A stretch of DNA of 64,000 nucleotides from Polyangiaceae bacterium (GTDB lineage: Bacteria; Myxococcota_A; Polyangia; Polyangiales; Polyangiaceae): contig JBNKBE010000007.1 in NCBI GenBank assembly GCA_050287085.1, positions 128,001 to 192,000 on the forward strand. Reading direction: 5' to 3'. Under the pieces are notes generated by a model, which was given only the letters and a program-made list of their open reading frames with translations, was not told the origin of the DNA and searched no databases. Of the stretch, positions 18,884-28,979 are shown in pieces; position 1 is the first letter of the stretch; each line of letters begins with the position of its first letter. The position numbers and the translations under genes are program-made.

Positions 18884-18949
18884 ACTTGGCTCAATATGGC
18901 ACATTGTGACCCACTTTGACACTGGGCCATTGCAAACCAGAGGACACCG

Positions 18950-21229
18950 ATGCCTGCGAGTTGGTCCCCATCTTGCACTTTCCGGGGGATGACTCGTCGA
19001 TCCTGCTCTCCTAGGGCCGCTCGCCGCGCGCGTTTGGGTCTCGGACTCAGTCCCTCGCTGGCCCTGTTGGCCGTGTTTTCGATCGCTTGTGCGGCCGCAC
19101 CCGCTGCCGACAAGCCGGGAGCGGAGATTGTGCCGGCAGACGCCTTGCCCCACGCCCAAGCACTTTCCGCGCTGCAGGAGGAGGTCAAGGCGATTGAGAC
19201 CCTCGATGGTCCGGGACTCATCGCGAGATTCCCCGCCCCTGTCCGGGATTCGCTCAGCTTCGATGCCACGAAGGCCGAGTTCATCGATCGAATCCAAGCC
19301 TCGAGCCTGGCCCTTGACGACCAGGAGTTGGAGCTGCTCGGTCAGAGTGGTGTGTTGATCTCCGGGCGGCAGGTGTTTCCAACGTTTCTACGCGGTTATG
19401 CCGCCATCTATATGGAACACCTGCCGGTATTCGTATCGGCCGACGCCATCCTCAATGCTGTCCACCGGTCTTTCGACAAGATCCTCTTCGCTTTTGAGGC
19501 GCGCTTATTGCGCGATGATCTGGGCGCGATGCTGGGCGCGATGCAGGAGGCGCTGGCCGGAGCGGGCGGGTCCGAAGTCGCAAAGCGCGACGCGTCTCTC
19601 TACCTGGGGGTGGCGCGCCGCTTACTAGCGGGCCCTGAGGCGCCGGCGACGGATCAGAGGGTTGAAGAACTGGCGGTCGCTGCGGAGGCGGCGACAGGCA
19701 CCGACGCCATTTCGCTTTTTGGTGTTAACCGGGATATCGACTTTTCACAGTTCACGCCACGCGGACACTACGTCGGAAGAGACGAGCTTGAGACTTACTT
19801 TCGCGCCATGATATGGCTTGGGCGCATCGATCTCAGAATCGTCGAAACCATGCCTGATGGGGGTCAGGTCTTTCGTCGCGACCAGTACGAGGCCGCCCTG
19901 CTACTGAATGAGGTGCTGAGCGGGCGTGCGCTGGAGTTGTGGCGGGGTATCGACCAGGTGGTCCGGCTGTTCGTTGGCGAGAGCGACTATATGACCCCGG
20001 ACGCGTGTGGCGCTTTGATTGAGGACCTAGGAGGGCTCGAGTTGGCGCGCGCTGCCGCCGACGCCGACGTGGTGCGAGCGCTCGCAGCGGGCGGATACGG
20101 TGAGCAGCAGATAGCGAGTCATTTGATGGTCAATGACGGGACGAGCAAGACGCTGCCCTTGAATCGTAGCTATGCCATTCTTGGACAGCGTTATGTCGTC
20201 GACTCTCACGTATTCAGCGAGACCGTCTACGATCGCGTCGCGGATCGTCTCATGCCAAACCCGCTGGACGCCGCTTTCGCGGCGTTAGGCAACAACGCCG
20301 CATTGGCGTTTCAGCCCGAGATCGTCGGCGGTCAGGCGCTGCCAGGTGCCCTCGGTCGGATGAGGCATCTGATCGACGCCCATCCAGAAGATTTCTGGCA
20401 GGCCAACTTGTACAATCTGTGGCTGTCTGCGCTGCGCGCCTTGTCGCTTCAAGACCAGCAAGATGGGGTAGGGCTGCCGGAGGTGGCCCAAACGAAGGCA
20501 TGGAGCCGGCGAGTGCTGAATACGCAGCTGGCGTCGTGGGCGGAGCTTCGCCACGACACCCTGCTATACGCCAAGCAATCCTACTCGGGCATTCCAGCCT
20601 GCGACTTTCCCGACGCCTACGTAGAGCCCTACCCCGAGTTCTTTCGGGCTTTGGTGCGTTATGCGGAGGCGGGAGTCGGCTTGGTCGATCTGGCTGCAAG
20701 AGACGATGTCTTGGGCTCCCAGGTTGCCAGCTATTTTGACAACTTGAAGACGGCTGCGGAATGGCTAGCCCAGATGGCAGAGCAGCAGCGCCAGGGTGAA
20801 CCCTACACCGAGGAGCAACTCGCGTTTATCAACGATGCGGTGAGGGTCGACAAAGAGGACGTCGTCTGCACCACGGTTGATTTGCCCAACGGCTGGTATG
20901 CCAGGCTGTTCTATGAAGCCAGCGACTCTATCGAGATGGACCTGACGATCGCGGACGTGCACACCCAGCCGGCGGACTGGGGAGGAGCTCTCGTCGGACG
21001 CGTATTGCATGCGGCGACAGGAACGCCGCGGCTCATGGTGGCGACCGTGGACACCTGCATGGGCCCGCGCGCGTACGTCGGCATGGCAAGTGCGTATCAC
21101 GAGCTCGTCAGCGAGAACTTCAAACGCTTCACCGACGAGGAGTGGCAGCAGCTCTATCTCGAGGCCGGCGCCCCCGATGTACCGTGGCTCGAGGGGGTGC
21201 TCAGTCACCCCGCGACCGGACAGCCGTAG
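18950..21229 (+). CDS. DUF3160 domain lipoprotein
   Basis: DFSQFTPRGHY, YFRAMIWLGR, GQRYVVDS, LASWAELRHDTLLYAKQSY and IADVHT motifs. Confidence 0.9.
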   Translation: MPASWSPSCTFRGMTRRSCSPRAARRARLGLGLSPSLALLAVFSIACAAAPAADKPGAEIVPADALPHAQALSALQEEVKAIETLDGPGLIARFPAPVRDSLSFDATKAEFIDRIQASSLALDDQELELLGQSGVLISGRQVFPTFLRGYAAIYMEHLPVFVSADAILNAVHRSFDKILFAFEARLLRDDLGAMLGAMQEALAGAGGSEVAKRDASLYLGVARRLLAGPEAPATDQRVEELAVAAEAATGTDAISLFGVNRDIDFSQFTPRGHYVGRDELETYFRAMIWLGRIDLRIVETMPDGGQVFRRDQYEAALLLNEVLSGRALELWRGIDQVVRLFVGESDYMTPDACGALIEDLGGLELARAAADADVVRALAAGGYGEQQIASHLMVNDGTSKTLPLNRSYAILGQRYVVDSHVFSETVYDRVADRLMPNPLDAAFAALGNNAALAFQPEIVGGQALPGALGRMRHLIDAHPEDFWQANLYNLWLSALRALSLQDQQDGVGLPEVAQTKAWSRRVLNTQLASWAELRHDTLLYAKQSYSGIPACDFPDAYVEPYPEFFRALVRYAEAGVGLVDLAARDDVLGSQVASYFDNLKTAAEWLAQMAEQQRQGEPYTEEQLAFINDAVRVDKEDVVCTTVDLPNGWYARLFYEASDSIEMDLTIADVHTQPADWGGALVGRVLHAATGTPRLMVATVDTCMGPRAYVGMASAYHELVSENFKRFTDEEWQQLYLEAGAPDVPWLEGVLSHPATGQP

Positions 21230-21274
21230 TCAAAAGCTTCTGCAAGGAATGTCCTCTAGCCTCTCGGCGTAGCA

Positions 21275-23182
21275 ATGGGCTACTTCCGCTGGGAGGTGAT
21301 GAGGAGCATGACTATGAGGCCGAAGAGCGAGCAGAAGGCAAGTTGGTTTGGGGTAGCGCTGATTTGTGCGACGACGGGTTGTTCGGTGACTGTCGGGGGC
21401 TCGGACGACGACGCGGGCACCAAGAAGAAAAGCCCCAGCTCAGAGGGCAAAGGCGATGATTCCAAGACGGAAAGAGCCGATTCGGGGGGACCGGAAGAGA
21501 GCTCAGACGACGATGCCGGCGGCATCGAGCGTGATGATAGCGGTCGAGACGTAGACGCGGTTGACGCAGGCTCGAACGGCGTCGGAGCCGACGATGAAGA
21601 CGCGGGCGCGGCGGTGGAGCTTGGCCGTCTCGACTGCGGTTCCATCGAAGGGGCCCGTGTGATCGAGCCGAGGGGTAGCGACAATGACCCCACCTGGTCC
21701 GGCACGATCTACATCACAGATAGCGTGACCGTCTATGCGACGCCGTTGACCATCAAGCCGGGTACTCGGATCGTGATGGCTGCCGGCGCGCGTCTGGGCA
21801 TTACTGGCGGGACGGTTGTGGCTGAGGGCACCGAGTCCGAACCGATCGTCTTCTGCGGTCGCGAGGCTGAAGCTGGCTATTGGCGGGGCCTGACAATTGA
21901 CGATGACGTTAAGGCTGATTCGGTTTTCAAGCACGTGGCGATCTTGGATGGGGGCGGCGGTGACGCTTCAGCGGCCCTGTCGGTCTCGGCGGAGATTGCG
22001 ATTGAGGACGTCCTGGTTGAAAACTCGGCGAGCGCCGGAATTGCGGCCAGCACGCTGAAGGCGGGTGGTCGCGGACTGTCGCTCAAAGGCAACGCCACAG
22101 CGGCGATCCTCAGCGGGCCGAAGGCCATGACGAACTTCCCACTCGGGGGTGTGATCGAGGACAACGGCGAGCAGTTGGTGCGTTTGGCATTCGATCAGAT
22201 CCGTAGTTCCGTCGTCATGCCCAATATCGGAGTCCCCTATCTGCAGGAGGACGCTATGCTCGTGCAGGAAGGCGCGGACTTCACCATCGAGGCAGGCGTT
22301 GAGTATCGATTTGATGTTGATACAGGCATCGAGATCGGATGGAACAGAGGGGATGTTCGTTGGCACGTCAATGGGACCGAGGACGCACCGGTTGTATTCC
22401 GCGGGCAACAGGAGGGGCCCGGGGGTTGGGACGGAGTCATCATCGGGGAGAAGGTGCGCACGGATTCGTCGGTGAGCTTTCTCGAAGTGCACGACGCGGG
22501 CGGCAACGACAGATACTCACTGGCCACCTACGCTGCGCTTCGGATGAATGACATCCTGCTCAGCGGCAATGCCTCAGGGGCCTATATCGGCGAAGCGGGC
22601 GCGCACGATAGTTCCTCGGATTGGACGATTGTAGACAACGACGGCTACCCCCTGACGCTGGAACCCGAGGCCCTGCTGAAGCTGCCCAGCGCCAGCCACT
22701 ATGCGGGCAACGAGCTAGCTCGAGTGCGAGTGCGCAAGGGCGCCATCGAAAGCTCGGGAACCATTCCAAAGCTGGATGTTCCGTTCCTTGTGCTCGAAGA
22801 CCTTCGCCATTCCTCGGATGGTGAGCTTACCATCGAAGCCGGCGTCGAGTTTCGGATGGCCCCCGACTCCCAAGTGACGTTCGGCTGGAACAATGCCCGG
22901 ACGGCCCTCTTTGCGGAGGGCAGCGAGGATGAGCCGATCCGCTTCATCGGAGAGTTGGAAGAGCCCGGTAGCTGGATCGGAGTGAACATTGGCACTGCAC
23001 TTCGCAGTGATTCAAAGCTACGTTGGATTCAGTTCTCCCACGCGGGGGCTAATGGTGGCGCGGCGCTCCAACTGGCGAGTGCGGTAGACATGAAGAATTG
23101 CTCGTTCAGCGACAACGCCGGAGATGCCCTGAGCCAGAAGTCTTCAGACGATACCGACTATTCGGTGGACAATAGTCTGTAG
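21275..23182 (+). CDS. Lipoprotein with acidic linker and three right-handed beta-helix-type repeats
   Basis: TTGC lipobox; G(T/S)E..P(I/V).F.G.....G.W.G motif occurs three times. Confidence 0.75.
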   Translation: MGYFRWEVMRSMTMRPKSEQKASWFGVALICATTGCSVTVGGSDDDAGTKKKSPSSEGKGDDSKTERADSGGPEESSDDDAGGIERDDSGRDVDAVDAGSNGVGADDEDAGAAVELGRLDCGSIEGARVIEPRGSDNDPTWSGTIYITDSVTVYATPLTIKPGTRIVMAAGARLGITGGTVVAEGTESEPIVFCGREAEAGYWRGLTIDDDVKADSVFKHVAILDGGGGDASAALSVSAEIAIEDVLVENSASAGIAASTLKAGGRGLSLKGNATAAILSGPKAMTNFPLGGVIEDNGEQLVRLAFDQIRSSVVMPNIGVPYLQEDAMLVQEGADFTIEAGVEYRFDVDTGIEIGWNRGDVRWHVNGTEDAPVVFRGQQEGPGGWDGVIIGEKVRTDSSVSFLEVHDAGGNDRYSLATYAALRMNDILLSGNASGAYIGEAGAHDSSSDWTIVDNDGYPLTLEPEALLKLPSASHYAGNELARVRVRKGAIESSGTIPKLDVPFLVLEDLRHSSDGELTIEAGVEFRMAPDSQVTFGWNNARTALFAEGSEDEPIRFIGELEEPGSWIGVNIGTALRSDSKLRWIQFSHAGANGGAALQLASAVDMKNCSFSDNAGDALSQKSSDDTDYSVDNSL

Positions 23183-23270
23183 CCGAAGACGAGCGAAGTG
23201 GCTCGAGCAGGAGTGGCGTTGTCCGACGCCAGCTCCTGTTCGAGTCGCGGCTTCTCGTTCGATTTCGGCT
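23181..23270. terminator. Long imperfect inverted repeat filling the gap between convergent genes
   Basis: agccgaa/ttcggct, acgag/ctcgt, gctcgagcaggag/ctcctgttcgagt and tggcgt/acgcca arms. Confidence 0.6.
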
Positions 23271-23946
23271 AGAATGCGTAGGCGATGCCTAGGCGTCCGT
23301 AGACCGGAGGGATCAGGAAGGTACCCTGAGCGGTGGACAGAACTCCGGCAGTCAGCGAGCCTTCGATCTGGTCTCCGCGGATGGCGAGGCGCAGGCCCGC
23401 CCGCAGGGTGGTAGCAGGGAGTCGGTACCAACCGTCCCGTGCATTGTCATAGACTTGCCTGCGATAGGCCGCGCTGTGGGTCATTCGAGCGGCTACGAAT
23501 TGTTCGATGCCGAGCTCCCCGAGTACGCCGAAGCGGGCTCCAGAATGGCCCACCAAGAGCGCACTTTGCCAACCTGGTGCAGACGCGGTGTAGACGGCGT
23601 TTTGCGCATGTCTGAAGACGAGCCCACCCTCTACGTGAACGCCGAATAGGCGGTGGGGGATGAGCGTTGTGCGGGTGGTTGCGGCCAGCGCGTAGTCCCC
23701 TACGTCCAGCTTGGCGTAGGGGAGGGTCAGGGTTAGTTGCGCCAGCACTGGCGAGCGCCATGAGTTCGGGTCGAAGCGCCGAGCCAGGGTAGCGTCGAAC
23801 GTTAAGCCCGAGTCCAGGCCGGTCCCGAGCGCAGCGCTCGTCGGCGTATCCGCTCCGGGGTACGTAGCCACTTGGGCGCGGGCCGAAGCGATGGCGAGGG
23901 TGCAGGTCAACCAGGCGGCGACCAGTACGATGGGTGCGCGCGTCAT
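23269..23946 (-). CDS. Exported protein, probable outer-membrane beta-barrel
   Basis: Signal peptide ending ARA-Q; alternating beta strands; C-terminal GIAYAF BAM-type signal. Confidence 0.65.
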   Translation of the reverse strand: MTRAPIVLVAAWLTCTLAIASARAQVATYPGADTPTSAALGTGLDSGLTFDATLARRFDPNSWRSPVLAQLTLTLPYAKLDVGDYALAATTRTTLIPHRLFGVHVEGGLVFRHAQNAVYTASAPGWQSALLVGHSGARFGVLGELGIEQFVAARMTHSAAYRRQVYDNARDGWYRLPATTLRAGLRLAIRGDQIEGSLTAGVLSTAQGTFLIPPVYGRLGIAYAF

Positions 23947-24998
23947 CGTTCCCCCTTTTCTGACGCGAGTTCTGATTCGAGGGCGTCGAGATAGCTGAGG
24001 GTCGCCCCAACGACTTCTTCGGCGGCGGTCCAGGGCAGGTCGTGGCCTGCTCCGGGGATCACTTCGAGCTTCGCATTGCCGTAGAAGCGGAGCTGTTCTT
24101 CTTGGAAGGTCACTCCGATCGCGGTGTTGAGCTCGCCGGCAATGAACAGAACCGTCGGCTCATAGTTCTGGAGTCCAAGTGTGAAGTCCCAGACGTAGCG
24201 ACCATTGTCCGTGCCGTCTTGCAGGATTGCTTCGTTGGCCACAGCGCCCATGCGCCAGAAGGGTTTCGGATCGGACTTGGAAAGGTGGTAGGCGGGTTGG
24301 GCGTCGCTGAAAGCGCCCAGTGCCAGCAGGTAGTCCCGGCGCGCGTGTCCTTCGGGGCTCAAGACGCGTTCAGCTGCGATGAAGTCATTGAGCCCTTCGC
24401 TGAATAGGTCCAGCGAAAGGAGCTCGTCTGCGACCTTCGTGTAGAGTGCGCCCGTGAGCGGCCCGGGTTCGAGGAGTACGGCGCCCTGAACGCGCTCCGG
24501 ATACTGGGAGATGTAGTGACTTGCTAGCATCCCTCCCCAGCTATGTCCGATGAGGTAGACGGGTGCGTCGCCCGCGTAGTGGTCGATGATGGCCGTTAGA
24601 TCCTGGACGAAAGAGTCGATGCTGATGTGCTCTGGATCCAGGCGCTCGCTGAGTCCGCTGCCCGCTTGGTCCCAGAACACGAGCCGGTGTTCGTCTTCGA
24701 GCCGGCGCCCTCCGGTGGCCCCTCTCAAACGAAGAAGCCCGCGGTAGTCGCCGCCCGGACCACCGTGCAGCATGATGAGGGTGGGTGCGCCAGCGGGACC
24801 GAATGCCTCGGCGTGGAACCGAACGCCTCGCAGCGTGATCTGAGGCAGGTCGGGGTTCTCCCGAACCGTGCGGGGGACGAGCTGTCCGGACTCCGTAGGG
24901 TCGGAACAGCTCGCCGCCGCCGTGGCCAACAGGGCGATCCAGCAACGAGGGTCGTGGGGTCGAAGGCGAGTAGGTCTATGTCGGTATATGTGGGTCAT
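23943..24998 (-). CDS. Alpha/beta hydrolase lipoprotein (proline iminopeptidase-like)
   Basis: HGGPG, DQ.GSGLS, GHSWGG nucleophile elbow, AGH; lipobox AASC. Confidence 0.85.
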   Translation of the reverse strand: MTHIYRHRPTRLRPHDPRCWIALLATAAASCSDPTESGQLVPRTVRENPDLPQITLRGVRFHAEAFGPAGAPTLIMLHGGPGGDYRGLLRLRGATGGRRLEDEHRLVFWDQAGSGLSERLDPEHISIDSFVQDLTAIIDHYAGDAPVYLIGHSWGGMLASHYISQYPERVQGAVLLEPGPLTGALYTKVADELLSLDLFSEGLNDFIAAERVLSPEGHARRDYLLALGAFSDAQPAYHLSKSDPKPFWRMGAVANEAILQDGTDNGRYVWDFTLGLQNYEPTVLFIAGELNTAIGVTFQEEQLRFYGNAKLEVIPGAGHDLPWTAAEEVVGATLSYLDALESELASEKGER

Positions 24999-25144
24999 AG
25001 GCGTCCTTGGGCGATGTGCGTCGAGAGTCGACGTCCGCTGCCACCAGAGTGGAGCCCTTGAGGGGCAAGCGCGCCCCAGCCCACAAGCCCGTGCGCCCAA
25101 GGGCGGATCAAGACCCGTGCGAGTTTCTTAGCTATTGAATATTG

Positions 25145-26455
25145 CTAGGAAACCTTGTCGTTCGCCAGCGTCCGCACCCGCTGGGCCCGCCGAAACTCGG
25201 TCGGCGTCTGCCCCTGGCTACGTTTGAAGTAGCTGTTGACGGTGGACTTGGAATTGAACCCGCAGCGCAGCGCGAGTGACAGAACCCCGCTTTCCGGCTC
25301 GCTGGTCAGGAGCTGCTTGAGCGCCGCTACGCGGTGATCGTTGACGAAAGCATGAAAGGTCTTGCCCACATGAACATTGAGAACCTGACTGACGGAATGG
25401 GGCGGCGCCCCGAGGTGCGCTGCGAGCTCCGGCAAGGTCAGGTCAGGATCCCGATACAGATGCTCGTGGGCCATCGCGCGCTCAAGCCCGCTTTGCAGCT
25501 CCACCACCTCCGCCTGCGTCAGGCGATTGCGTTGGTACCTTGACTCGAGCCGCGCGACCCCCGACCCGTGGGGCGAGGGCTGAGGGGCGCTGGGCGTCCC
25601 GCCGTGCGCCAAGGTCGGACCGCTCATGGTTGCGTCTTGAAGTGGGGTTGCTACCTTGTCGTCACGAAGTGCCGGCTGGGTGGTGGTCGGCTCGTAGGAT
25701 TCATCATCGGCGAAAAGGGACGCTGCCCTGGCCTTCGCTTCCACCTCCGACTGCGCCAATGCCATGTAGCCGATGAGAAAGAGCACGAGCGCTGATGCTG
25801 CCGGCACCCCGTGGCGCAGGACGGGTGGAATGCTGTGGCCTCCGAGCCTGAGCCCGAAGCCGACCGCCACCAGAGACCAGACCGCCGCGTGGGCCCACAA
25901 CATGCGGTATAGCCAACGAAGATCCACGCTCGATATGGTGCTGAAATAGCGCTCCACGCGTTCACTATGCCGTCTTAGATGAACAAGAGCGGAGCCCAGG
26001 TAGGCAACAGCCTGGGCGAGTTGCACGACGTCGAGTAGCGATAGAGCCAGCGGGGCATGCCCGGTCAGCACTTGTGACAACAGGACGCGCTTCTGCTCGC
26101 CGTCGCGGAAGTAGAACGCGTGGGCCATGTAGGCCAGATCCAGAAGGAAGGGAAAGGCATGGGCCAGATGCCTGAGTCGGAGGTGCGTCAGGGTGCCCGA
26201 CAGCGTTTGAACGTAGAGGAAGAGCAGCGGACTGAAGAGAAAGGGCAGCGGCGCTGCCAAAGCCAGCAGGTGAGGGTTTTCCTGCGCGAATCTGAGCTCC
26301 GCGTAGCCCAGCCCGAGCATGGTGGTAAGGGCCAATACGAGCGTGCCCAGCAGGCGATTGGCCAGCGGATCCTCGGGTCGCTTCCACAGCGCAATTCCGA
26401 GCGCGAGACCTTGCACTGCGCCCAGCAAGATCAGCGCGTAAGCCAGGTCCGCCAT
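25145..26455 (-). CDS. Membrane-anchored AraC-family transcriptional regulator
   Basis: About 7 N-terminal TM helices; C-terminal LYRDPDLTL.ELA, SQVLN, FVNDHRV, GFNSKST and TPTEFR. Confidence 0.9.
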   Translation of the reverse strand: MADLAYALILLGAVQGLALGIALWKRPEDPLANRLLGTLVLALTTMLGLGYAELRFAQENPHLLALAAPLPFLFSPLLFLYVQTLSGTLTHLRLRHLAHAFPFLLDLAYMAHAFYFRDGEQKRVLLSQVLTGHAPLALSLLDVVQLAQAVAYLGSALVHLRRHSERVERYFSTISSVDLRWLYRMLWAHAAVWSLVAVGFGLRLGGHSIPPVLRHGVPAASALVLFLIGYMALAQSEVEAKARAASLFADDESYEPTTTQPALRDDKVATPLQDATMSGPTLAHGGTPSAPQPSPHGSGVARLESRYQRNRLTQAEVVELQSGLERAMAHEHLYRDPDLTLPELAAHLGAPPHSVSQVLNVHVGKTFHAFVNDHRVAALKQLLTSEPESGVLSLALRCGFNSKSTVNSYFKRSQGQTPTEFRRAQRVRTLANDKVS

Positions 26456-26528
26456 GCTCGCTCCTATAGCAATAAAGGGCCTGGACGCGAAGGTCCGGTC
26501 TGCCCATGCGGAGGGGTCTGCTGACGCT

Positions 26529-27674
26529 CTAGAAGCGGTATTGCCAGTCGGCGCGGCAGCCCGTGGTGTTGCAGCCCAGGGTTACGGGGCCCGAACCATC
26601 GTGGCGACCGAGGTCAACCGCAATCAGGACGCCGGCTGCAACGCTAAGAGCAGCGCCACCCAACGTGAGGCCCAGGGCCCATCGTTCAGCAAGGATGGCA
26701 TTGTCTGCCGACTTGGAGGCTTCGAGCTGCACTCTCTCGCCAGCGGCCTCTGACTTGGCGGATGAGGCGATCGCGTAGAAGACGCCAGCGCCGCCCAGGG
26801 TGGCCAGGGCTCCTCCAGATAGCGTCCACGTCAAGGGTCGGATGCATGCAACGCCGCTGCACCGGCTGACGGCATCGGATGGCACGCCGCGGGTGGGGCC
26901 GTCACCCGGCGTCCCCCGCGCGTCGACCGGCATCTGAGCGACACTTTCTTGCACCAGGGTGACGGGCACGTCGATGGCGCGATCGCGGGGCAGGTCGAAA
27001 TTGCGCGTCTCGTCGCGGTATCCTCTGAGTTCCAGGGTCAGTTGGTGAAAGCCCGGTGCGATCTCGCCGCTCCACGGCGTTAGACCGAGCCGCGTGCCGT
27101 CGATGGACACCACCGCGCCTGCGGGTGTCGAAAGGACCGTCACCTGCTGAACGCCGCGGCTCTCGAGAGCTCGCTCCAGGCGGCGAATTGCGGTATCAGC
27201 CGTGGCGCGGTCCTCGCTATCGGGGGCTCGTCTCAGATAGGCGCGAAAGTGCTCTAGCGCGCGCGCATCGTTGTGCAACTCTTGGTAGGCCAGCGCGATG
27301 TTAAACGAAAAGGCTGGACTCGGGGTGAGCTGATCAGCTCGTTCGAGCAGCTCCACGGCTTCGGCAAAACGTCGCTCTGTGAACGCGACCACGGCGGCGG
27401 CGTAGGCTTCCTTGGAGCGCTGGAGTGCGTCGTTGGGGGGCGTAGACTCGTCGGGCGTCGCATCCGAGTGGGGACCTTCGCCGGCCCGCGCTTGAGCCGG
27501 GGTCGGGGGCTCGCCGGATGGTGGATCGACGGTTTCGGGAGCTTCCGGGGATGATGCGGGCGCAGGTGACTGAGCCTGCGCGAAGCGGGTCGTCGAGGCA
27601 ACGAGCAGACACGCGATCCCGAATGCCGAGGAAAGAGTGTGGGCACGTCGTCGCTTGCCGGTGACTGAGCTCAT
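26529..27674 (-). CDS. TPR + PEGA domain protein
   Basis: TPR (FNIALAYQEL...ALEHFRAYL); PEGA (STPAGAVVSIDG..LG.TP...PG.H...ELRGY); C-terminal hydrophobic hairpin. Confidence 0.9.
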   Translation of the reverse strand: MSSVTGKRRRAHTLSSAFGIACLLVASTTRFAQAQSPAPASSPEAPETVDPPSGEPPTPAQARAGEGPHSDATPDESTPPNDALQRSKEAYAAAVVAFTERRFAEAVELLERADQLTPSPAFSFNIALAYQELHNDARALEHFRAYLRRAPDSEDRATADTAIRRLERALESRGVQQVTVLSTPAGAVVSIDGTRLGLTPWSGEIAPGFHQLTLELRGYRDETRNFDLPRDRAIDVPVTLVQESVAQMPVDARGTPGDGPTRGVPSDAVSRCSGVACIRPLTWTLSGGALATLGGAGVFYAIASSAKSEAAGERVQLEASKSADNAILAERWALGLTLGGAALSVAAGVLIAVDLGRHDGSGPVTLGCNTTGCRADWQYRF

Positions 27675-27933
27675 AGAAGACGAGTTGGAGCGGACAACGT
27701 TCGCGGCACTGAGGTTGAGTGTCGTCGGAGGCAGATCAAACGCCCGCTGCTAGCGCTAGCTAACGGCAGATTCCCTTCAACATTGAGGCTTTTTGAGCTC
27801 GCAGGCCACAAGGGATCGGCAAGCCATTCAATTGTCGAGCGTGGTGCCGCTGTACACACATGAAGACGCAGCGACCAAACGCGATTCTTCGCTTGTTGCT
27901 CAAACCTGCGCGGAAATCGGTATACCAGCCGGC

Positions 27934-28908
27934 ATGCCATTGGACGTTTCCGAGAAACAGGCTTCGCTTTCGCGGCTTCGGGGCAACTATTGGACGCTGT
28001 CGCAGCATTTTGCTCGCATGTTGCAGGGGGTGCCGGCGAGTCGTCGTCTGAGCGTCACCGTAACCGATCCGGAGCGCGGTCTTGTCCCCCTATCCGGCTG
28101 TCTTTCCGAGCCGCCGGGGGCTACGGCCCTGGTCATCATTGTTCACGGGCTGGGTGGCTCTGCCACAAGCGGCTACATGCGCAGCGCCGCCAACGCGGCA
28201 TGGCTACGCGGCTACGCCGCTTTGCGCCTGAATCTGCGCGGCGCAAGCGGCGATGGGTCGGATTTCTATCACGCAGGGTTGGGTTCCGATCTCGACGCGT
28301 GGTTGGACCATCCGGACGTTGAGCGCTACGCGAGGCGGGCCGTGCTGGCCTACTCGCTCGGGGGGCACGTCGCGCTGTCACACGCCCTTCTGGGCTCACC
28401 GCGCTACGGGGCGCTTGCGACGCTGTGCAGTCCGCTCGATCTTGCCTCGGCGCAATACGGCTTCGACCACGTCATGCCTAGGGTCTACCGAAAGCACGTC
28501 CTCGAAAGCCTCAAGGCCATGTATCGCGTCGTCGCGCGCTCCGGAGTAGCCGGCTATCCGGCGAATCGACTTGGGGAGATTCATACGATCTACGAATGGG
28601 ATGACCGGATCGTCGCACCACGATTTGGGTTTCCCAGTGCGGCCGAGTACTATCGCTGCGTGAGTGTAAAGCCCAAGATGGCCGGTCTCACGGTGCCCAC
28701 ACTCTGCGTCCGTGGGTTGGATGATCCGATGGTCGTCGACAATGCGTCGCTTCCGGCGCCGGGCGCATGCTGCGAAGTATTTGATGCGCCGGGTGGACAC
28801 GTGGCGTTTGGGCGGGGCTTTCGACTCGGGGCCGGGCGGGGTACGCCGGAGTTGCAGGTGATCGATTGGCTTGCACGTCACGCCTTCGGCCATGAGCTTT
28901 CGAGATGA
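27934..28908 (+). CDS. YheT-family alpha/beta hydrolase
   Basis: VHGLGG...SGY, NLRG, FYHAG, YSLGG, YEWDD..VAP.FGF.SA.EYY, DDPM, GGHV. Confidence 0.85.
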   Translation: MPLDVSEKQASLSRLRGNYWTLSQHFARMLQGVPASRRLSVTVTDPERGLVPLSGCLSEPPGATALVIIVHGLGGSATSGYMRSAANAAWLRGYAALRLNLRGASGDGSDFYHAGLGSDLDAWLDHPDVERYARRAVLAYSLGGHVALSHALLGSPRYGALATLCSPLDLASAQYGFDHVMPRVYRKHVLESLKAMYRVVARSGVAGYPANRLGEIHTIYEWDDRIVAPRFGFPSAAEYYRCVSVKPKMAGLTVPTLCVRGLDDPMVVDNASLPAPGACCEVFDAPGGHVAFGRGFRLGAGRGTPELQVIDWLARHAFGHELSR

Positions 28909-28979
28909 GCCCAGAGGGTGCGCTGCCATCAAGCTGGGCACCGTCCAGCGGCTTAGGGTCCGCAAGGGGGGAGGCCACC

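Noticed and set aside
18886..18915. TGGCAC as a sigma54 promoter before the DUF3160 gene
   Set aside because: No GC at the required 10-nt spacing.
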